Source of the DNA: a virus
DNA length: 64,000 nucleotides
IMG/VR virus record: IMGVR_UViG_3300025789_000024
Coordinates: 1-64,000 of that record
Reading direction: 5' to 3' (one strand)
Below, in pieces: positions 62,701 to 64,000 of the stretch (the first letter of the stretch is position 1; each line of letters opens with the position of its first letter). A program made the position numbers and the translations under genes. The notes under the pieces are model-generated. The model did not search any database. It was not told the origin of the DNA and saw only the letters and a program-made list of their open reading frames with translations.

Positions 62701-64000
62701 CTACGTATAGTAATGCTGTAAACGACAAGAACAGAGTTCCACTATTCACAAATGGTTCTGGTAATAGTTTCTCTATTAATCTTGGCGCAAGAGCATCAGC
62801 AATTTCTACTGCTTATCCAGTGCGTGAAAACGCTATCAGAATTAAATTTGATAGAACCACTTATACTTCTCAAGTATTAGATTGGGAAAGTGGTGCATAC
62901 TATGGTGCATTCTTTGCTGGTAGCTATCGTAATAACGAAGATTATTCAAGTTCAGATATATTGTTGCCTTTCAGTCAAGCAACTGCAACTCCTCCTGTAA
63001 GTTTTATGACAGCAGCTTCAGGCGGCGGTGTAGTATTTGAAATTAGCGAAGTTGACAATCAACAACAAGTTGAGTGGTCATCATTTGTTAGATATGTGGG
63101 TTCTACTGTTGCAGCTAATAACTCTATCAAATTGATTCCGCAAGATGGAAACAATGATCCTAACAACCCGCAACCAAATGCTTCTGGTACAACAGTTGGT
63201 TTCTATGTTGGTATGCCTGTACAGTTTGCAGGCCCTGGCATTGGTGGTTTAGTTGGCACAACTACAAGTGATCCTATAATTTATTACGTACACAGTATTA
63301 TTGATGAATTGTACTTTACCGTATCAACTACAGTCGGTGGTGATGTAGTAACATTAACAAATGCAACAGTTGGTGCAGCGGGCTTACAATGTTTAACTGC
63401 AAGCGTAGTGAATACTGCGGTGTTGACTGTTAATTACCCGGGTATATTAACTGTAACCAACACTAGTGCAGGTACTAACGTATTGACAGTTCCAACATCG
63501 GCAATTGGTACAGGTGGCACAAATGGATTCTATGTTGGTATTCCTTTAGTCTTCACTGGCGAAACATTTGGTGGCATTGTAGCAAATCAAGTTTACTATG
63601 TGTCAACTATTATTGATGAAGAGAACTTTACAGTTTCTTCAAATGATAAACCTTTGCAAGCTACCGTATACAGTGTTTCAAGTTCAAACAATCATGTAAC
63701 GGTGTCATCTACTACAGGTATGGATGTCAATGATCCAGTCATCTTTAACAATATGATAATCAGTGGCGTGAGTGGAATATTATTTGGTAATATACATTCA
63801 GGTGTAACTTATTATATTAGCCAAATTGTTGATGGCACTACAATTACAATTAGCCAATATGTTAATGGATTAGTATTCAATCCAGGAACAGTTGCTGCTA
63901 GTGGTACTACAAGTGCATTAGTAACTGATCAGGCATCAAGTAGCCAATTGTCTACTGCTACTGGTAATATGACAATGAACGTTAATTTGCCAATTAGTCC
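50745..64000 (+). CDS. Giant baseplate/structural protein (gp7-like position), >4418 aa, truncated by window end
   Basis: ATG at 50745 (MANTNRIRTLNFLPEIFQT). No terminated ORF is listed in this frame and it is still in frame at the window end. Contains FG-GAP-like FGSSLA...LFVGAP repeats and YLNEVKPYH. Confidence 0.8.
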   Translation, partial: MANTNRIRTLNFLPEIFQTTSNQQFLSATLDQLVNPPNLQRIQGYVGSKFGYGVNPNDYYVTEPTKTRTDYQLEPGVVITKTNESVAQDFITYPGILDALSLQNGVTNNNNRLFNSEFYSWDSFTNLDKVINFNQYYWLPFGPPSVTVAAQTIYSTEQYVVTSLDNGYNIRIASSASGEINPTLTLLRGGTYTFQVNQSTQFWIQGQPGVTGYSPTQTNLYTRNVYGVENNGAEQGFVTFTVPAADAQNQYVFPNSGVSLDLVCTTPFADVNGKLLSSLGSIDGVTSLQGLQIMFYNTGVTNETGYVQTYFDENSYDTNNNSLVQPLTVTVNQVASNVLTLASGLNAQLQVNSTITFDNPTFGGVTAGTVYFVNSLVGTTGFTISATLGGTTLSLTNGTGLMTANINQGLLEEGFYTPVANNFYTIEYIGDPANPVIRLVPSGVIPTNQTITPKFGTQYNNLPFYRNTVGTISEIPYISAPLDTLYYQDGTNSDSVGVIKLIESNLSNTLDVDTQILGQKSFTSTNGVVFTNGLKVSFNGDVIPTGYLNGEYYVEGVGTAIELVSIDSLICPESFTEAIYNPYDFTNYDEGNWDLTDFVPVLPDYITIARNSISKNAWSRSNRWFHIDVINATASYNNNPEIPSIYATASAKAQRPIIEFYPNLQLFNSGTIGKQAIDFYDTRTTDALTQVVDQQNYYPDIEVYSAYTATIAGVTNATTTTITVQASDVTGTLQQYQYITDSTNLLPRNTQILSITGTTTLTLTVAWTNATSFNTTAVASIVASETTVNNYALFSGARVIFSADPAVSNVVFVANLSTLTTGSTPVITLTPAEDSPCLTNEQVAVLRGYYNHGTTYYYTGAGWLEAQEKTNVNMSPYFDIFDSNGISLGDTSVYQSTTFKGTTLFQYGIGAGAIDSILGFPLAYSSIENQGDIQFDVTFNSDTFNYVTGATPITENVNTGYVYNYNIDQTYVRQIGWQTAVSPSVQYQVFDFSVPALSGTTAFNCDIAPMSSSETNWPTVQVYVNNTYINSANYTVTTTATTTTITINSAYIPVTDCVVQILILSDQVSSTAYYQTPINLNNNPLNTDITVANVGDIRNQYQSIFYNNPYTTGDVFGPNNYRDLGDVVPYGNAIIQNSASLVIPGALLRVPNHNLFNALLYNSREYVNYKQLIVSTVSNTSFTQTYNPAQILDIALAQITQAKSSDQSFFWSDMIPSNAPYRTNTYTFNNALDTSIYPLSQVYNFETSNYNGVLVYRTTALNGYQTVTEQLVKGQDYVVSTTAPSLEVTIALNAGDTITINEYNKTYGSYAPNTPTKLGLYPSFIPSVVLDSDYIVPTYFIMGHDGSYTKLYGAYTDGVLQDYRDQALLEFETRVYNNLKLSNTIPIQAYDLIPGYFRQSSQQYSNSEWLEMYTPSFLNWIGQNRLNYKTQYYNANDEFTYNYKNSANKLNGTVIEQGYWRGVYQYFYDTTTPNETPWEMLYYPDQPSWWTERYGPAPYTSDNLVLWDDIANGVRWDNGVPVTVPELARPSLLNILPVDSAGNLVSPFVSIVGNYSPGTFQKDWVVGDDGPTELSYRRSSTWPFDLMRLQALMKPAEFFNLGVWVDNYKYNAEFNQYLVNNRSHLVPNEIPIYGSGTPVTSYLNWIVDFEKQQGIDATTNLTTLFNNLDVRLIYRLAGFSDQNQLAFYVEKASPNTTSSSLLIPNESYGILLYDNQPFDRIPYSSVIIQQNDGYYTVFGNAQQFAYFTVLNPVYDNQYEIVDINSIQVKIAKNYSTKETIVPYGTAFYSQQELAQFLVSYGKWLQSKGMVFEDIQNGLAVTWNQMVAEFLYWAQTGWGAGSVITLNPAATLLTIDKVDCVVQPLTIQDQNFVLNQNLYPIQLKDMCIERNDTQFTLHALNQGDTFSYAQFDLGNFEHGIVFDNTTLFNDTIYNLVTGLRQNRINVRGTKTADWNGTVNAWGFILNQDNVREWNNTLKYTKGQIVLYKNKYWVAQRVIEPTATFNQQDWKETNYSAVQTGLLPNPSTRSFESALYYDTNTRNLSQDANLLSYSLIGYRPRDYLATADLTDVTQINVYKNMIKSKGTNLAINAFKGVTLPQGGIDYTVYENWAIKQGEFGGVANNNFVQFKVNQANMTGDPSIFSLTNGVYTQGSMQEIPIYSLYNYGHNITDPNILLTTNSAEPNSTNIYPDAGYVNFNDVKMSSYFYSGLPRATNIGGQIVPIQNFYVRDYVWMANFLNTWNVYSFKPIGQVVQVRNNLNNTATVVFAAPHGLKKLQPLAIVNFASNVDGYYIVTQVVDLTTVIINLNVQATNQNTLTGQGIGLIFETQRAAKPSEIGLLDLTEADFITNTVWVDENTDGNWAVYQKTINYDYQQQVTKEGATNFGSAVAYSPQMGYLVSDASQGNVYRYVYDAVASTATGSPVYDLSQTLSGGTSFGTTIIHKNNIFVISEPTSGTPKVYIYALNSSTVSTAILTYQTAISAPGGVTNWGSSLAMSGDNNWLYISDIANNNVYVYRREQILLNAGYFVTGQTYTIETVGTTDFTAIGAIANAVGITFVATGAGTGTGTAMQVTYAQSTVISGASTAGSVSGDNFGSSLATDYYGQTLFVGAPDVNYSSTIENWGSVYAYQRTVQNVEAQQTSTVGQVQSFTLGWTPAAGATRTASATNGSTNYITCNAAMTGFAVNQPVVFGDILTATAAGSFVIGKSYKITTVGTTDFTAIGASSNSVGVIFTATGVGSGTGTATQTTNLANSGIKPNVVYYIASISGSTISIKTSRSSTTPVQLTTASGLSFGVYVQVDPLYVTVNGTLVQDNNYGVIGSQFVYSGALQAGDIINISDNQYTLVQNFNSQFNDRTGTHYGYAMDMNTFGTETIIGSPFEINDTTGEEGAAYRYTNAGAKYGVVIGTNDCTLNSAGVIFINGYLVFLSAGNATGIANQINASNVPNVQASATANNTLIIQLIDTALAPVSQQLLISVVDETVLTQLGIDVFVNTQVLVSPYVNGPTEFGTAIKFNESDSVVISAPVGTRYEFTSFDFTDNGTPDLDTIFDNNATRFVESYPNAGAVYMYDYLGNYNENVGNSGQFVFAQSTNSQNTSYGFNPLYGASLDFNNNTVIVGSPDFLPGVADGQVVIYTNATGMQDWGIYRQSAPVVDINSISNTQLFSATTNNTLVNLDYIDPLQGKILGAVRENLDFVTNTDPARYNSNLASQTGYVWGANEVGKTWFNTNNVRFVNYHQNDVVYNSKYWGSVFPGSDVAVYTWVASNVPPNNYQGPGTPLDVTLYAISSTINASSVVVPIYYFWVRNSNLIFSETGKTLSDTILAQYIANPRGSGISFMAPLLPNTFAIYNGLSYFNGTDTVFNIAYSTNSDSGSDIYHQQFAIIKENSASDFLPGFPQYAYVSSTLSDPSGLYLRFVNSLAGCDDAGGVVPDPYLPLRVQSGVQVRPRQSFFLDRFLALKNYLTFANEVLVQYPIVELRENLDFLYTVGDINPGTGLPYYDTTNYWTFVNWWAPGYSDNTRSVLQVPLYADLAALNVSSGTIVTVEQNGVGKFEVYTTDGLGTWTRIGLQQGTIQFSSALWDYSSAGLGFGGNFFDTNVFDLYPSEETRYIIRALNEQIYINDLLIYRNKSLILMFEYIQSETTSSQNFLPWLNKTSLVDVSHKIRELLPLEVYQGDNEVFLEGYLNEVKPYHVTIKQFSFNYTGTDVFQGDITDFDVPSQWNNIYQEFISPELVYTLPNNEYEYLPTDPIWQTAPYSQWYQNYGVSLTGQDNYNITTLVSYLTPSSRSIIVDNANGFPINGTITIDGEQIGYSYVDRAKNQLSGLVRGYNSTTITNHIPGAKIYIDLPAVLLLSGGAGYTNPPRVTAYIDETQYPAPRTPAVLEAVMNLDSVLSINVINPGSGYAVLPTIVIDPSATIYFADTQVNSVLHTITVYAPELVTGLEVQYFDDTATGNGIGELSNGQWYYINVLEDNPTAVVALYTTYSNAVNDKNRVPLFTNGSGNSFSINLGARASAISTAYPVRENAIRIKFDRTTYTSQVLDWESGAYYGAFFAGSYRNNEDYSSSDILLPFSQATATPPVSFMTAASGGGVVFEISEVDNQQQVEWSSFVRYVGSTVAANNSIKLIPQDGNNDPNNPQPNASGTTVGFYVGMPVQFAGPGIGGLVGTTTSDPIIYYVHSIIDELYFTVSTTVGGDVVTLTNATVGAAGLQCLTASVVNTAVLTVNYPGILTVTNTSAGTNVLTVPTSAIGTGGTNGFYVGIPLVFTGETFGGIVANQVYYVSTIIDEENFTVSSNDKPLQATVYSVSSSNNHVTVSSTTGMDVNDPVIFNNMIISGVSGILFGNIHSGVTYYISQIVDGTTITISQYVNGLVFNPGTVAASGTTSALVTDQASSSQLSTATGNMTMNVNLPIS
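58315..58985 (+). repeat. Two copies of a ~45-aa module AG.FV.G..Y.I.TVGTTDFTAIGA..N.VG..F.ATG.G.GTGTA
   Basis: Copies at about 58315-58455 and 58843-58985. Confidence 0.85.

Noticed and set aside
1-64000. Stop-codon reassignment or a diversity-generating retroelement
   Set aside because: Core genes are full length in the standard code; no reverse transcriptase or adenine-specific TR/VR pair was seen.

Overview
AT-rich, gene-dense segment of a large T4-like (Tevenvirinae-superfamily/jumbo-type) myovirus genome. No cellular housekeeping genes, tRNAs, rRNAs, CRISPR arrays or IS elements were seen. From left to right: (1) 1-19.5 kb, minus strand: seven modular Asn/Gly/Thr/Val-rich virion fibre genes, the leftmost truncated by the window edge; (2) a degenerate HNH protein and a delta-9-type fatty acid desaturase; (3) the head module (gp23, gp22, gp21, an acidic core protein, a small protein, gp20 portal); (4) a tape-measure-like protein with a C-terminal lysozyme, divergent from a gp26-like chaperone that appears to be extended by a -1 frameshift into a gp51-like domain; (5) an SGNH-like ORF, a ~440-nt hairpin-dense non-coding element, an Hjc-like nuclease, gp46/gp47 and the gp55 late sigma factor; (6) the baseplate module (tube initiator, gp53, hub, gp5-like spike, gp25, gp6 and a >4400-aa protein running off the right edge). 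The most notable observations are: matching C-terminal and N-terminal docking motifs between consecutive fibre genes, suggesting a gene-order-encoded head-to-tail chain; the structured non-coding element (ncRNA and/or origin); the slippery site plus hairpin at gp26/gp51; face-to-face late promoters; and many apparently leaderless transcripts. All product calls come from motif recognition by eye, without database searches.
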